Of a stretch of 64,000 nucleotides of DNA, positions 31,633-42,974 are shown one piece after another. Position numbers and translations under genes: made by a program. Source of the DNA: Nitrospirota bacterium (GTDB lineage: Bacteria > Nitrospirota > UBA9217). The notes below the pieces were generated by a model, which saw only the letters and a program-made list of their open reading frames with translations, was not told the origin of the DNA and ran no database searches. The stretch lies in assembly GCA_963751455.1 (NCBI GenBank), contig CAVVUN010000015.1, positions 224,001 through 288,000 of the forward strand. The letters run 5' to 3'. The first letter of the stretch is position 1; every line of letters starts with the position of its first letter.

Positions 31633-32574
31633 TCAAATTGATTTTTGTGAATTTTCGAATTTCTTCCCTATTATTCCCCGGTGTCCCCGGAGAAATTCAG
31701 GTCCGGACATGACTTTTCCGCCGGCGGGCTGTACCTTGAGCAATCGCAGGCGGCCTCTGCCTGCGCCGACCTCGGGCGTCTCTCCGCTTCCACGGTAGAC
31801 AAGAGCCGGCTCGGCTTCTTCCGCAAGTACCTCTGCTTCCTGTATCTTCACGAGGCCTCCTTCGAGGAATGAATATGCGCCGGGCCACGGGAAAAGGCCC
31901 CTGATGCGGTACTCTATCTCGGCTGCCGGAACGGTCCAGTCGATAAGACCATTCTCTTTTTTCAAGGGCGGAGCCGATGTTGCCTTCGAACCGTCCTGGG
32001 CGTGCGGTTTGAGCGCTCCTGATTCAAGGAGCGGCAGCGCATCAACGATCATCCTGGCGCCGAGCTGGGAGAGCTTTTCCGACAATGTACCCGCCGTGTC
32101 CTTCGGTCCGATCGGGATGCTTTCCTGCGTCAGGATTGCCCCGGTATCCATGCCCTCGTCCATCCGCATGATGGTAATTCCGGTCTCCGCATCCCCCTGC
32201 AGAATCGACCAGTTGATAGGCGCCGCGCCGCGGTATTTCGGAAGCAGAGAGGCATGGATATTGATGCAGCCGAGTGGAGGAAGAGTCAGAATCTCCTTCG
32301 GCAGAATTTGACCAAAGGCAGCGACCACGATCACGTCGGGGGCGAGCGTTCTGACCGTTTCCAGAAACGCGGAGTCGCGCACTCTCTTGGGCTGGTACAC
32401 TGTGAGGCCATGCTCCTGTGCGAAGAGCTTGACCGGAGGCTGGGCAATGCCTCGGCCCCTTCCCGCCGGCTTGTCCATCCTTGTCACCACGCCGGCAATG
32501 CTGTGGCCGGCTTCAATCAAAGCCCGCAGGGGCGGTACCGCGAATTGTGGAGTACCCATATAGATGAGCTTCAT
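31633..32574 (-). CDS. fmt: Methionyl-tRNA formyltransferase
   Basis: YMGTPQFA, INIHASLLPKYRGAAPI, MDEGMDTG. Confidence 0.97.
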   Translation of the reverse strand: MKLIYMGTPQFAVPPLRALIEAGHSIAGVVTRMDKPAGRGRGIAQPPVKLFAQEHGLTVYQPKRVRDSAFLETVRTLAPDVIVVAAFGQILPKEILTLPPLGCINIHASLLPKYRGAAPINWSILQGDAETGITIMRMDEGMDTGAILTQESIPIGPKDTAGTLSEKLSQLGARMIVDALPLLESGALKPHAQDGSKATSAPPLKKENGLIDWTVPAAEIEYRIRGLFPWPGAYSFLEGGLVKIQEAEVLAEEAEPALVYRGSGETPEVGAGRGRLRLLKVQPAGGKVMSGPEFLRGHRGIIGKKFENSQKSI

Positions 32575-32576
32575 GG

Positions 32577-32708
32577 AAAATTCCAAATTTTAAGCACCAA
32601 ATCACAAATAAATCCCAATACGCAAATTTCAAATGCACTAAACGGAAAGCTGTCTTATCTGGCATTTGGAAATTTGGAATTATTCGGAATTTATAATTTG
32701 GAGTTTTT
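32577..32708. repeat. AT-rich inverted array of ~7-nt units (CAAAT/ATTTG)
   Basis: AAGCACCAAATCACAAATAAATCCCAATA ... ATTTGGAAATTTGGAAT; homologous to 39692-39810. Confidence 0.75.
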
Positions 32709-33227
32709 TTATGCTCCTTCAATAGCCATCTTCCTGCGCTTGCGCTTAAAAATGCTTTTTTTAAGCGTGCTCAGCCTGTCGACAAACAGCAGTCCGTTAA
32801 GATGGTCGATTTCATGCTGGAGGGCTTTTGCAAGGAGTCCTTCGCCTTCGAGTTCAAAAATCTTTCCTGTCCGGTCCTGCGCGCGTATTCTTACCCTGGC
32901 AGCGCGCTTCACTTTATCCGCATATTCCGGAATGCTGAGACATCCTTCTTCCTCGACGACGGAACCCTCCATGGCCAGGATTTCAGGATTGATGATAACG
33001 ATAAGCGGATGACGGCGCTCTTTTTCCTCCTGGCTGCTCAAATCGATGACGGCGAGCTGCAGGGGAACGCCTACCTGGTTGGCGGCAAGCCCGACACCCG
33101 GAGCGGCGTGCATGGTTTCCACCATGTCCTCGATAAGGCGTTCGATCCCGGCATCTATCTTTTCAACACGCCCTGTTTTCTGATGTAATATGGGATCCGG
33201 GTATTTTCGTATTTCTCGAAGAGCCAT
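32709..33227 (-). CDS. def: Peptide deformylase
   Basis: GVGLAANQ, EGCLS, QHEIDHLNG. Confidence 0.97.
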   Translation of the reverse strand: MALREIRKYPDPILHQKTGRVEKIDAGIERLIEDMVETMHAAPGVGLAANQVGVPLQLAVIDLSSQEEKERRHPLIVIINPEILAMEGSVVEEEGCLSIPEYADKVKRAARVRIRAQDRTGKIFELEGEGLLAKALQHEIDHLNGLLFVDRLSTLKKSIFKRKRRKMAIEGA

Positions 33228-33328
33228 ACTGCCTACTTTTTAACACGATTACCATGTAAAATCAAGGCATAAGATCGTCGACGGGGATTTGTTGACACCT
33301 CTCGGCGCTTTATGGTATTTTTATAGCC

Positions 33329-36300
33329 ATGGCCATTGATAAAAACGTTGTAATAAAGGAATCTCAGAAGTATATCGCAAAGGGCCAGTTCGATAAAGCC
33401 ATAGCGGAGTGGAAGAAGCTCCTTTCCGAATCGCCGAACGATGCAAATATTTTCAATACGATCGGCGATTTGTGCCTGAAAAAAGATTCCAAGGCTGAGG
33501 CCGTGGATGCCTACAAAAAGGCGGCGGACATCCTTGCCGCCGACGGGTTCAGTTCCAAAGCCATTGCCCTTTATAAAAAAGTCCTCAACATAGACCCCAA
33601 GAAAATGGAAGCCCACCTCGCCCTCGCCGATCTGAACGCGGAGAAGGGCCTTACCGGCAACGCGCTGGAAAGCTACAAGATCGTTGCAGACCACTATACT
33701 CAGAACAAGCAGCAGAACAAGGCGCTCGGCATATACCAGAAGATGGCCGACCTCAATCCTGCGAACATCTCCTTCAGGCTCAAACTTGCGGACATGTACG
33801 CCAAGGAAGGCATGAAGAAGGAGTCGGTCGCGGCCTATCTCGCGGCCGCGGATGTTCATGTGTCGAAAGGCGCTTATAAAGACGCCCGGCAGATTCTCGA
33901 AAAAGCGCTTGCCGTGGATCCGAACAGCAGGGAAGTTTACCACCAGGCAGGCATTGTTTATCTCAAGGACGGTAAATTCGTCGAAGCCTGCAAATCGTTG
34001 AAACCGGTCTATGAGGCGGACCCCTCGAATAAGGAACTTACCGAACTCTATCTCGAGGCGCTGACCAAAGCGGGCCGCGACGCAGAGGCGGAGGAGCTCT
34101 ACAAAAAGGTGCTTTCCGAAGAGCCGGGCAGGCTGGATCTCCGGGAAAAACTCTTCAACTTGTATATTTCAAGGAAGGAGCATGACAAGGCGCTCAACCA
34201 AGCGGCCATCATTGCAGAACAGCGCCTTAAGAGCAGGGCTGAGTCCGCTGATAAGGGTGTGAAGCTGCTGTCCGGCGAAGGGGATGCGGAGCTGGATGAA
34301 GCGGCAAACGCTGCACTCGAGCGGCTCAAGACCCTCGTAGACGAAAGCCCGGGTTTTGCTGATGCCAGGAGGACGTTGGGCGATTTCTACGCGAAGGTTG
34401 GACGCGGAGGCGATGCGGCCAGGGAACTCGTCGAGGCAGCGAAGATCCTGATCAGGGACGGTGAAAACGACGACGCGAAAGCCACGCTCGCAAGGGCGAT
34501 CGAGCTTGCGCCCGATTCTGCGGAAGCAAGACAGCTGCTTAAAAGCCTTGAGCCTCCGCCCCCCGAGCCGGAACCCGCCCCTCCCATTCCAGTCGAAGAA
34601 CCGATTATCCAGGCCGCTGCCGGGGCTTCTCCGGCTGTCATACCACAGATGGCGGAGGACGCGGCTGTAACAGCGGCAGTCTCGGAAGTCGATGTTCTCG
34701 TCAAGTACGGACTTGCATCAAAAGCGCTCGAGCAGCTCGAAGGTCTTGCGGGGACTTTCCCTGAAAGCGCTCTGATCCGGATAAAATTGAGGGACCTGTA
34801 CGGGGACCAGGGAGCACTCGCCAAGGCTGCCGGCCACATGCTTGTTCTTGCCGATATTTATACGACGCAGGGACAGCACGACCGGGTAGAGCCGCTCTTA
34901 CGGCAAGCCCTGGAAATGGATCCTCAAAACAGGGAAATACAATCGAGACTCGGGATTGAGGAGCCTGCTTCTCCGCCTTCGGCTGCCGCAGAGCCCGTAT
35001 TCGAAACTCCGCCACCCGCGGCGCCTGCCGTTGAGGACGTTCCGTCTCTGGACGTTACCGATATAACGAGCGGGCTCGATTTGGCCCTGCCGGAACAGTT
35101 CGGAGCGGGCACTCAGATTCAGGAACAGCCAGTAACGCCTCCTCTTCCCCAACCCGCCGCGGGCGAGATAGCGTTCGATGAGCCGTTCACGATTCCGGAA
35201 GAACAGCCGCAGCCCGCAACGGAAGAAGCGCCGCAAGCGGAAGAGCCGCCGGAGTACATTCCTGAACAGCCGCCTGCTGTTGCCGGGGAACCGGCAGCAG
35301 TGGACCTGAACGAGATCTGGGCGGAGGCGGAGTTCTATTTTCAGCAGGGCCTTTTCGACGAGGCAAAGAAGCATTACGCGAAGATTATCCAGCATGATCC
35401 GGGCGATGAGCGTGCGATCAGGCGCCTGTCCGAGATCTCGCGGGAGGCCGAAGAAACCCATGAATTCTCGAAGCTTGCCGATGCCGTTGACGGGCTGGAA
35501 AAGAGTGCCGGGTCGCCTTCAGCCGGGGAAGAGATGCCCGCAAGCACCTCCGATGAAGAAGCAGTACGCCTGCTGATGCAGGAAATAGCGCAGCTTAAGG
35601 CCGAGCAAACTCACGATGTTCCGATAGCTGCTCCCCCCAGGGAGAAGGCTCCGGAAAGAAGCCCTGCAGCCGCTGTGAACAGCCAGGCAGAACGCTTAGA
35701 AGAGGATTTTTTTGATCTCGGCGAGGAGTTGAGGGATGGCGGAACCGCGCTTGCCTCAACCAAACCGGCGGAAAGCGCCGGTGATGATTTCTTTGATCTT
35801 GCATCCGAACTCCGGGATGAGTTAAGCACTGTAGGCGTTACGCCTTCGGTGTCCGCCTCGGTCGAGGATCAAAGCCTGGACGATATCTTCGAGGAGTTCA
35901 AAAAGGGGGTTGAACAGCAGGCGGTAAAAGAAGACGTTGATACGCATTATAATCTCGGCGTTGCGTACAAGGAGATGGGACTCCTTGACGATGCCATCGG
36001 GGAATTTATCCTGACGCCGGAACATGAGCCGAAATTCCTGCAAAGCCGCTATATGCTGGGCCTTTGCTACATGGAAAAGGGCGAATACCAGAACGCGATC
36101 GCCGAGATACAAAGCGCCCTCAGCAATTCGGAAAACGCCAACTCAGACGCACGGGAGCTGATAAATCTTCGCTACGACCTGGCGCTTGCGTACCAGGGCG
36201 CGGGGGACCGGAACAGCGCGTTGAGCGAATTCCAGAAAGTATACGAAGTGGACCCCGGCTACCGGGATGCAGAGGGCAAAATAAAGGAACTCCAACAAGG

Positions 36301-36427
36301 AGATTTTATCTCTCTTGAACAATTGAAGGATGACATCGAGAAGGAAATCTCTTCCAAATTCCTCGAGGAAGGCGAGAGGATAGAACGTGAAGAGAAAATC
36401 CGCAAGAGTGAAAAGGTGAGAAACTGA
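33329..36427 (+). CDS. Large TPR protein with Pro/Glu-rich linker
   Basis: Many TPR units; C-terminal DTHYNLGVAYKEMGLLDDAI and LRYDLALAY. Confidence 0.9.
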   Translation: MAIDKNVVIKESQKYIAKGQFDKAIAEWKKLLSESPNDANIFNTIGDLCLKKDSKAEAVDAYKKAADILAADGFSSKAIALYKKVLNIDPKKMEAHLALADLNAEKGLTGNALESYKIVADHYTQNKQQNKALGIYQKMADLNPANISFRLKLADMYAKEGMKKESVAAYLAAADVHVSKGAYKDARQILEKALAVDPNSREVYHQAGIVYLKDGKFVEACKSLKPVYEADPSNKELTELYLEALTKAGRDAEAEELYKKVLSEEPGRLDLREKLFNLYISRKEHDKALNQAAIIAEQRLKSRAESADKGVKLLSGEGDAELDEAANAALERLKTLVDESPGFADARRTLGDFYAKVGRGGDAARELVEAAKILIRDGENDDAKATLARAIELAPDSAEARQLLKSLEPPPPEPEPAPPIPVEEPIIQAAAGASPAVIPQMAEDAAVTAAVSEVDVLVKYGLASKALEQLEGLAGTFPESALIRIKLRDLYGDQGALAKAAGHMLVLADIYTTQGQHDRVEPLLRQALEMDPQNREIQSRLGIEEPASPPSAAAEPVFETPPPAAPAVEDVPSLDVTDITSGLDLALPEQFGAGTQIQEQPVTPPLPQPAAGEIAFDEPFTIPEEQPQPATEEAPQAEEPPEYIPEQPPAVAGEPAAVDLNEIWAEAEFYFQQGLFDEAKKHYAKIIQHDPGDERAIRRLSEISREAEETHEFSKLADAVDGLEKSAGSPSAGEEMPASTSDEEAVRLLMQEIAQLKAEQTHDVPIAAPPREKAPERSPAAAVNSQAERLEEDFFDLGEELRDGGTALASTKPAESAGDDFFDLASELRDELSTVGVTPSVSASVEDQSLDDIFEEFKKGVEQQAVKEDVDTHYNLGVAYKEMGLLDDAIGEFILTPEHEPKFLQSRYMLGLCYMEKGEYQNAIAEIQSALSNSENANSDARELINLRYDLALAYQGAGDRNSALSEFQKVYEVDPGYRDAEGKIKELQQGDFISLEQLKDDIEKEISSKFLEEGERIEREEKIRKSEKVRN

Positions 36428-36588
36428 AAAAGACCGTTCCGTATTCTCGTCAAGTTCGTCTCCTCAATGCTGCCTAAAATTTGATCTGCTGATTAATTAA
36501 AAGGCACCTTCTTTTTTCTTTATTCATTAATATGCAGTAATTTCAGAAGCTTTGTTTTAGCATTAAAATTGCTTCACCCATATACTAG

Positions 36589-36939
<351 letters not shown>

Positions 36940-36952
36940 ATCGACTGAAGAA

Positions 36953-37025
36953 AATGAGGGACGAGGGATGAGGGACGAAAAAATCGTCCATCGTCTGAGC
37001 GAAGCGATCGTCTATCGTCCATCGA
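36953..37025. repeat. Inverted array of 7-nt units (GAYGAGG / TCGTCCA)
   Basis: ATGAGGGACGAGGGATGAGGGACGA ... TCGTCCATCGTC..ATCGTCTATCGTCCATCG. Confidence 0.75.
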
Positions 37026-37046
37026 AATAAAAAACAGGAGGATTCA

Positions 37047-38459
37047 ATGAAACCGAGTGACGTACTGAAGCTGGCAAAAGAGAACAAGGCAATGATGGTG
37101 GACTTCAAGTTCATGGACTTTCCCGGTTTGTGGCAGCATTTTTCAGTGCCGGTCGACGAACTGACCGAAGGAATCTTTGAGGAAGGCCTCGGCTTCGACG
37201 GTTCGAGCATCCGGGGATGGCAGTCGATCCATACGAGCGACATGCTTGTTGTGCCCGATCCTGAGACTGCGGTGATGGATCCCTTTACCAAGTATCCGAC
37301 GCTCTCGCTCATCTGCAACATCGTTGACCCGATCACGAAGGAGCGCTACAGCCGCGACCCGCGCTACATCGCGCAGAAGGCCGAAGCATACCTCAAGTCC
37401 ACCGGGCTCGGCGACACCTGTTATATGGGCCCGGAACCGGAATTCTTCATCTTCGACGATATTCGTTTCGACCAGAACTCGCACGAAGGCTACTATCACA
37501 TTGACAGCGTCGAGGGCATCTGGAACAGCGGCCGCGCGGAGAACCCGAACTTGGGCTACAAGCCCCGCCACAAGGAAGGCTACTTCCCGGTACCGCCGAT
37601 CGACTCCCAGGAGGACCTCCGGACCGAGATGGTGGAGGAGATGCAGAAAGTGGGCATCTACGTCGAGCGCCAGCACCATGAAGTGGCGACCGCGGGCCAG
37701 GCCGAGATCGATATCCGGTTCAGCAATCTGGTCAAGTGCGCGGACCAGGTCATGTTCTTCAAATACATCATCAAGAACGTGGCAAAGCGCCACAACAAGA
37801 CCGTCACCTTCATGCCCAAGCCGCTCTTCGGCGACAACGGCTCAGGCATGCACACTCACCAGTCGATCTGGAAGGGCGGTAAGCCCCTGTTCTCAGGCGA
37901 CCAGTACGCGGGTATGTCCCAGATGGCGCTGTGGTACATCGGCGGCATACTGAAGCACGCGAAAGTGATCGCTGCCTTCACGAACCCCACGATGAATTCC
38001 TACAAGCGTCTTACCCCGGGCTTCGAAGCTCCGGTGAACCTGGCCTACTCGAGCCGTAACCGTTCGGCTTCGGTCCGCATCCCGATGTACAGTGCGAACC
38101 CCAAGACAAAGAGGATCGAGGTACGCTTCCCCGATCCGTCCTGTAACCCCTACATGGCCTTCGCTGCCATGCTGATGGCGGGCCTGGACGGCATTGAAAA
38201 CAAGATCGATCCGGGCCAGCCGCTCGACAAGGACATCTATGATATGGCTCCGGAAGAACTGGCGAACGTGCCTTCCATGCCGGGTTCGCTTGAAGAGGCG
38301 CTGAACAACCTTGAAGCGGACCACGCTTTCCTTATGAAGGGCGACGTGTTCACCAAGGACGCCATCGAAATGCATATCAACTACAAGAGGACCAAGGAAG
38401 TGGACGCGCTCCGTCTGCGGCCGCATCCGTATGAATTCTTCCTGTATTACGACATCTAA
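37047..38459 (+). CDS. glnA: Glutamine synthetase type I
   Basis: [50 protein letters not shown] adenylylation-site Tyr. Confidence 0.98.
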   Translation: MKPSDVLKLAKENKAMMVDFKFMDFPGLWQHFSVPVDELTEGIFEEGLGFDGSSIRGWQSIHTSDMLVVPDPETAVMDPFTKYPTLSLICNIVDPITKERYSRDPRYIAQKAEAYLKSTGLGDTCYMGPEPEFFIFDDIRFDQNSHEGYYHIDSVEGIWNSGRAENPNLGYKPRHKEGYFPVPPIDSQEDLRTEMVEEMQKVGIYVERQHHEVATAGQAEIDIRFSNLVKCADQVMFFKYIIKNVAKRHNKTVTFMPKPLFGDNGSGMHTHQSIWKGGKPLFSGDQYAGMSQMALWYIGGILKHAKVIAAFTNPTMNSYKRLTPGFEAPVNLAYSSRNRSASVRIPMYSANPKTKRIEVRFPDPSCNPYMAFAAMLMAGLDGIENKIDPGQPLDKDIYDMAPEELANVPSMPGSLEEALNNLEADHAFLMKGDVFTKDAIEMHINYKRTKEVDALRLRPHPYEFFLYYDI

Positions 38460-38520
38460 ACGTTTATCCATCCGATGTATCGAAAGCCGGAATCTCCGTA
38501 AAGGGGTTCCGGTTTTTTTT
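38436..38520 (+). repeat. Left boundary repeat: last 7 glnA codons, stop and terminator
   Basis: Near-identical to 48497-48581. Confidence 0.88.
38486..38520 (+). terminator. glnA terminator
   Basis: GCCGGAATCTCC-GTAA-AGGGGTTCCGGT followed by a T run. Confidence 0.9.
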
Positions 38521-38526
38521 GTTCCG

Positions 38527-39690
38527 ATGACAACACTATTCTCTCTCCGCAGCAGCGATCTGGTGCGTGAGCGGGACATGGAGAGGCTGAATGCGATCGC
38601 TGAACAGCACATCGGAAAGCTCTTTGACAGTAAGGTGGTCGTGCTCCTGCCGGATATGCACGGCAAGTTGCTGCCTCCTGCCGGGGATTTTCGGTGGAGC
38701 GAACAGGAGCGGGAAGCTGCACAATGGGTGTTTGATAACCGGCAACCGGCCGGATTGAACGCCCTGACAGGGCCCGATGCCGAAGCTTTGTATCTTCCGA
38801 TGGTCGCTTCCGCCGGCAACATAGGCGTTGTCGGATTACGTCCCCGAAACGCGGCGGAAAAGCCGGATCAGGGGCAGCTAAGGTATCTGGAGGCGTTCAT
38901 CAATCAGGCCGGAATCGCCATCGAGCGGGCTCTTCTTGCGGAGGAAAGTCACCGGTCACTGATGAAGGCAGAGACGGAAAGCCTCAGGAACACGCTTCTG
39001 AGCTCGATATCCCATGATCTCCGGACCCCGCTGACATCCGTTACCGGCGCCGTTACTATGCTTCTGGCAGCTGATGCCAACCTTGACATGAAGAGCCGCC
39101 GTGAACTGCTCGAGACGATCCAGGAAGAATCCGAGCGGCTGAACAGGATCATCAAGAACGTCCTCGCAATGACGCGCCTGGAATCCGGGGTCATAGATAT
39201 GCGGAAAGAGTGGCAGTCGCTGGAAGAGATTGTCGGCGTCGTGCTGAACCGGCTGGGCGAGCGCCTGAACGAACATCCGGTCACGCTCAATCTCCCGGCG
39301 AACCTGCCTCTCATTCCCTTTGACGGGCTGCTCCTGGAGCAGGTCTTCATGAACCTGTTCGAGAACGCGATCAAATATACTCCTGCGGGAACGCCGCTCG
39401 AACTCACGGCATCGGAAGAATTATACACAGTCACCGTGGAACTGGCGGACCGCGGGCCGGGCATACCACACGGGGAAGAAGAGCGTATTTTCGACAAATT
39501 CGTACGGGGCCGCAATGCAGGAGGAGGAGTGGGACTAGGTCTCGCGATCTGCCGGGCCATCATCACTGCCCACGGCGGCCGCATCTGGGTTGAGAACCGA
39601 GCTGGGGGCGGGGCCGTGTTCCGGTTCACCTTGTCCGCGGCCGGAGTGCCGCCATTGCCGAAACTTGAAGAAGAGAGTGAAGGGCGATGA
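38527..39690 (+). pseudogene. kdpD: 5'-truncated KdpD sensor kinase (GAF, HisKA and HATPase only)
   Basis: AAQWVF..PAG, LRNTLLSSISHDLRTPL, ENAIKY; lacks KdpD N-terminal, Usp and TM domains; begins immediately after the glnA terminator with no clear RBS. Confidence 0.8.
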
Positions 39691-39691
39691 G

Positions 39692-39810
39692 AAACAAGCA
39701 CCAAATATCAAATAAGCTCCAATAATCAAGTTCCAAATTCAAAATGTTTCGGTCATTGGAATTTTGAGATTAGAATTTATTTGGGATTTGTAATTTGTAA
39801 TTTGTAACTT
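39692..39810. repeat. AT-rich inverted array of ~7-nt units
   Basis: AAGCACCAAATATCAAATAAGCTCCAATA ... ATTTGTAATTTGTAATTTGTAA. Confidence 0.75.
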
Positions 39811-39826
39811 CGAACTTTTCTGGAAA

Positions 39827-40534
39827 ATGTCTGACGAGAAAGAACTCATATTATTGATCGAAGACGAGCAGCAGATGCGCCGTTTTCTCCGTATCACGCT
39901 TCAGAGCCAGGGATATCGTCTTATCGAAGCTTCTACGGCAAACGAAGGGTTGCTGCAGGCAGCGTCGCGCAATCCCGATGTGGTGCTGCTTGATCTCGGG
40001 CTCCCCGATATGGACGGCCTGGAGGTCACCAACCGGCTGCGGGAGTGGACTCAGACGCCGATCATCGTCATCTCGGCGCGGGAGCAGGAGCAGGACAAGG
40101 TTAAGGCGCTCGACGCCGGGGCTGACGATTACCTGACCAAACCGTTCAACGCAAATGAACTTCTGGCGAGGATCCGGGTAGCGCTGCGCCACTCGATTCG
40201 CGGCCGATCAGGCCGATCTGAGCCTGTCTTTACGCTCGATAACCTTCGTGTAGATCTTTCCCAGCGCCAGGTGTTCGTGGACGGCAAGGAAGTCCATCTT
40301 ACCCCCCTTGAATACAAGCTCTTGATGGTACTGATCCGTCATGCAGGAAAGGTGATCACTCATCGACAGCTCTTGCTGGAAGTCTGGGGGCCTGCTCATG
40401 CAAACGAGGTCCAGTACCTGCGGGTGTATATGACGCAGCTCAGGCACAAGCTCGAAGCAGATCCTGCTCGTCCCCGTTTTCTGATGAACGAGCCCGGAGT
40501 AGGATATCGCCTGAAATTTGATCCTGAAGAGTGA
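39827..40534 (+). CDS. kdpE: KDP operon response regulator
   Basis: LDLGLPDMDG, DDYLTKPF, VWGP..YLRVYMTQLRHKLE.DPARP. Confidence 0.93.
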   Translation: MSDEKELILLIEDEQQMRRFLRITLQSQGYRLIEASTANEGLLQAASRNPDVVLLDLGLPDMDGLEVTNRLREWTQTPIIVISAREQEQDKVKALDAGADDYLTKPFNANELLARIRVALRHSIRGRSGRSEPVFTLDNLRVDLSQRQVFVDGKEVHLTPLEYKLLMVLIRHAGKVITHRQLLLEVWGPAHANEVQYLRVYMTQLRHKLEADPARPRFLMNEPGVGYRLKFDPEE

Positions 40535-41142
40535 TATCAGTCCAGTGATAAAAATTTTTTCCAATGGAATCTGAACATAAGCCGTCCTTTGTGGAACGGC
40601 TGAAAACGCTGTTCATCGGCGGAAAGCGCAATGTTGAAGATACGACCGTCTTCCACAAACTTACCCTGATCGCTTTCTTTGCCTGGGTGGGGCTGGGGGC
40701 GGACGGACTCTCCTCGTCCTGTTACGGTCCGGAAGAAACCTTCCTTGCGCTCGGGGAGCATCTATCCCTCAGCATCTTTGTGGCCATCATGTCCGGGATC
40801 ACGGTGTTGACGATCGCTGCCAGCTACTCGCAGATCATCGAACTGTTTCCCACAGGCGGAGGCGGCTATCTGGTGGCGAGCAAGTTGCTCTCACCGACAA
40901 TCGGCATGGTCTCGGGTTCTGCGCTTCTTATCGACTATGTGCTTGACGATCACGATTTCAGTCGCGAGCGGAGCAGATGCGCTGTTCAGCTTCCCGCCTC
41001 CGCACTGGCTGTCCTACAAGCTTGCGTTCGCGATCGTCGGCGTTCTGTTGCTTATCGTTATGAATATGCGAGGGGTAAAGGAAGCGGTCCTCCCCCTGGT
41101 GCCTATTTTTGTCACCTTCGTTGTTACGCATGCGTTTATTAT

Positions 41143-41318
41143 CCTGAAAACGGCAGTTGGACGCAGATGAACGCAGATAACCGCAGATCAAACAAAAGGA
41201 TTTTTAGAGAAAAAAATTCACCCGCAGGGTGACTGCTTTTACGATACAAGAACGTTTTTTTTATCCGACCTTATCTGCGTTTATCCGATTTTTCTGCGTC
41301 CCAAATGCTTTTTTTAGG
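41143..41318. mobile_element. MITE, 176 bp, CCT..AGG ends, 5 bp TSD ATTAT
   Basis: ATTAT at 41138-41142 and 41319-41323; long imperfect terminal inverted repeats with 9-nt ACGCAGATR units. Confidence 0.92.
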
Positions 41319-41428
41319 ATTATCGGTTATGCCCTGATCATGAAAGCCGGGAACTTCAGCGACCTGGTCAGCACAACCAGGGCGGACGTTGCAGGGACCC
41401 ATGCCGAGCTTGGCACAGCAGGCATCAT

Positions 41429-41592
41429 CCTAAAAACGGCATTTGAACACGGATGAACACGGAAACAGCGGATCAAAACAATGTGATAGAGCAAAAAGCC
41501 ATCTCGCCTTTTGGGTGAATCCATTACTGTTCGTAACTTCCTATAAATCCGTGTTGATCAGATTTTATCCGTGTCCAACTGCTTTTTTCAGG
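41429..41592. mobile_element. MITE, 164 bp, CCT..AGG ends, 5 bp TSD ATCAT
   Basis: ATCAT at 41424-41428 and 41593-41597. Confidence 0.92.
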
Positions 41593-42943
41593 ATCATAGT
41601 TCTACTCCTCCGGGCTTACAGCATGGGAGCCGGAACTTATACGGGAATCGAGGCGGTGAGCAACGGGCTCCCTATTCTCCGGGAACCAAAGGTGCTGACC
41701 GGCAAACGGACCATGCGCTACATGGCGATCTCTCTCGCCTTTATGGTCACGGGGCGCATCATCGCTTATCTGCTGTACCGGGTCACGCCCCAAGAGGGGA
41801 AAACCCTGAACGCAGTATTGTTCGAGGCCATGACCCAGGGATGGGGCGGATCGGGAACGGCGTTCGTCTTCATTGCGCTTCTGTCGGAGGCGGCGCTCCT
41901 GCTCGTCGCGGCCCAGGCCGGGTTCCTGGACGGACCTCGCGTGCTCGCGAACATGGCTCTTGACCGCTGGTTTCCGACGAAGTTTGCGATGTTGAGCGAT
42001 CGCCTCGTTACGCAAAAAGGAATCCTGATGATGGGCGGCGCGGCCCTGGTGACGATGGTTCTGACGACGGGCTCGGTAAAGTATCTTGTGGTTCAGTACA
42101 GCATCAACGTCTTCATTACTTTTTTCCTTTCCCAACTCGGCATGGTCCACCACTGGTGGCAGGTGCGAAACAAGGATGCCAAGTGGGAAAAGAAGCTCTT
42201 CATAAATGGCGTGGGCATGATGCTCACATTATTAATTCTCATAACCGTGATCGTGCTGAAATTCGACGAAGGCGGCTGGATCACGCTTGTTTTGACCGGC
42301 GGCCTCATCGCTATTGCGATATTTACGCGCCGGCATTACCGGAATACTTATCAGTTGCTGAAAAGACTGGATGATCTGGTCAAGTGCGGCCGTGCCTGCA
42401 GCACCTCGGGCCGGGACAGCCCCAGCAGCTGACCGCGAGAAGACGGTGAAATACGACCCGACTGAAAAAACAGCGGTGCTGCTTGTGAACGGGTTCAATG
42501 GTCTGGGGCTGCATACGCTTTTCAGCATCATCCGCCTCTTCGGGGGGACCTTCAGAAATTTTGTGTTCGTCCAGGTCGGGATCGCAGATGCCGGAAGCTT
42601 CAAGGGCGCGGAGGAAGTATCGCACCTGAAGGCGGACGTGAAGATGTCTCTCGACAGGTATGTGAACTGCATGCGAAGCCATGGATATTATGCCGCAGGC
42701 TATACCTCGTTCGGCACGGATGTAGTCGATGAGATTGACAAGATTATGCCCGAGATCCTCGAGCGGTTTCCGAACGCAGTTCTTTTCGGCGGCCAACTGG
42801 TCTTCCCCAAAACCAGCTTCTTCTCGAACCTGTTTCACAATTATACGATTTTTGCCGTTCAGCGGCGGTTTTACAACAAGGGGATCCCCGTGGTGGTGCT
42901 TCCTATCCGCGTGTAACCCGGATTCCCGGATCGTCCCTTTCCC

Positions 42944-42974
42944 AGCCGGAACCTCTAAAAGGGTTCCGGCTTTT
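42944..42974 (+). terminator. Intrinsic terminator resembling the glnA terminator
   Basis: AGCCGGAACCT-ctaaaa-GGGTTCCGGCTTTT. Confidence 0.85.

Larger units (their letters stand above)
40564..42916 (+). pseudogene. APC-superfamily (KimA-like) K+/amino acid transporter, disrupted
   Basis: GADGLSSSCYGPEE, FPTGGGGY, TGIEAVSNG spread over five reading segments; frameshifts near 40944 and 42384; two MITE insertions. Confidence 0.88.

Noticed and set aside
38431-38526. KdpD start overlapping the end of glnA
   Set aside because: This part of the ORF runs through the glnA stop and terminator and shows no KdpD similarity
41138-41597. Insertions as functional self-splicing introns keeping the transporter active
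   Set aside because: They have DNA-type TSDs and TIRs, lack group I/II features, and the gene has two independent frameshifts
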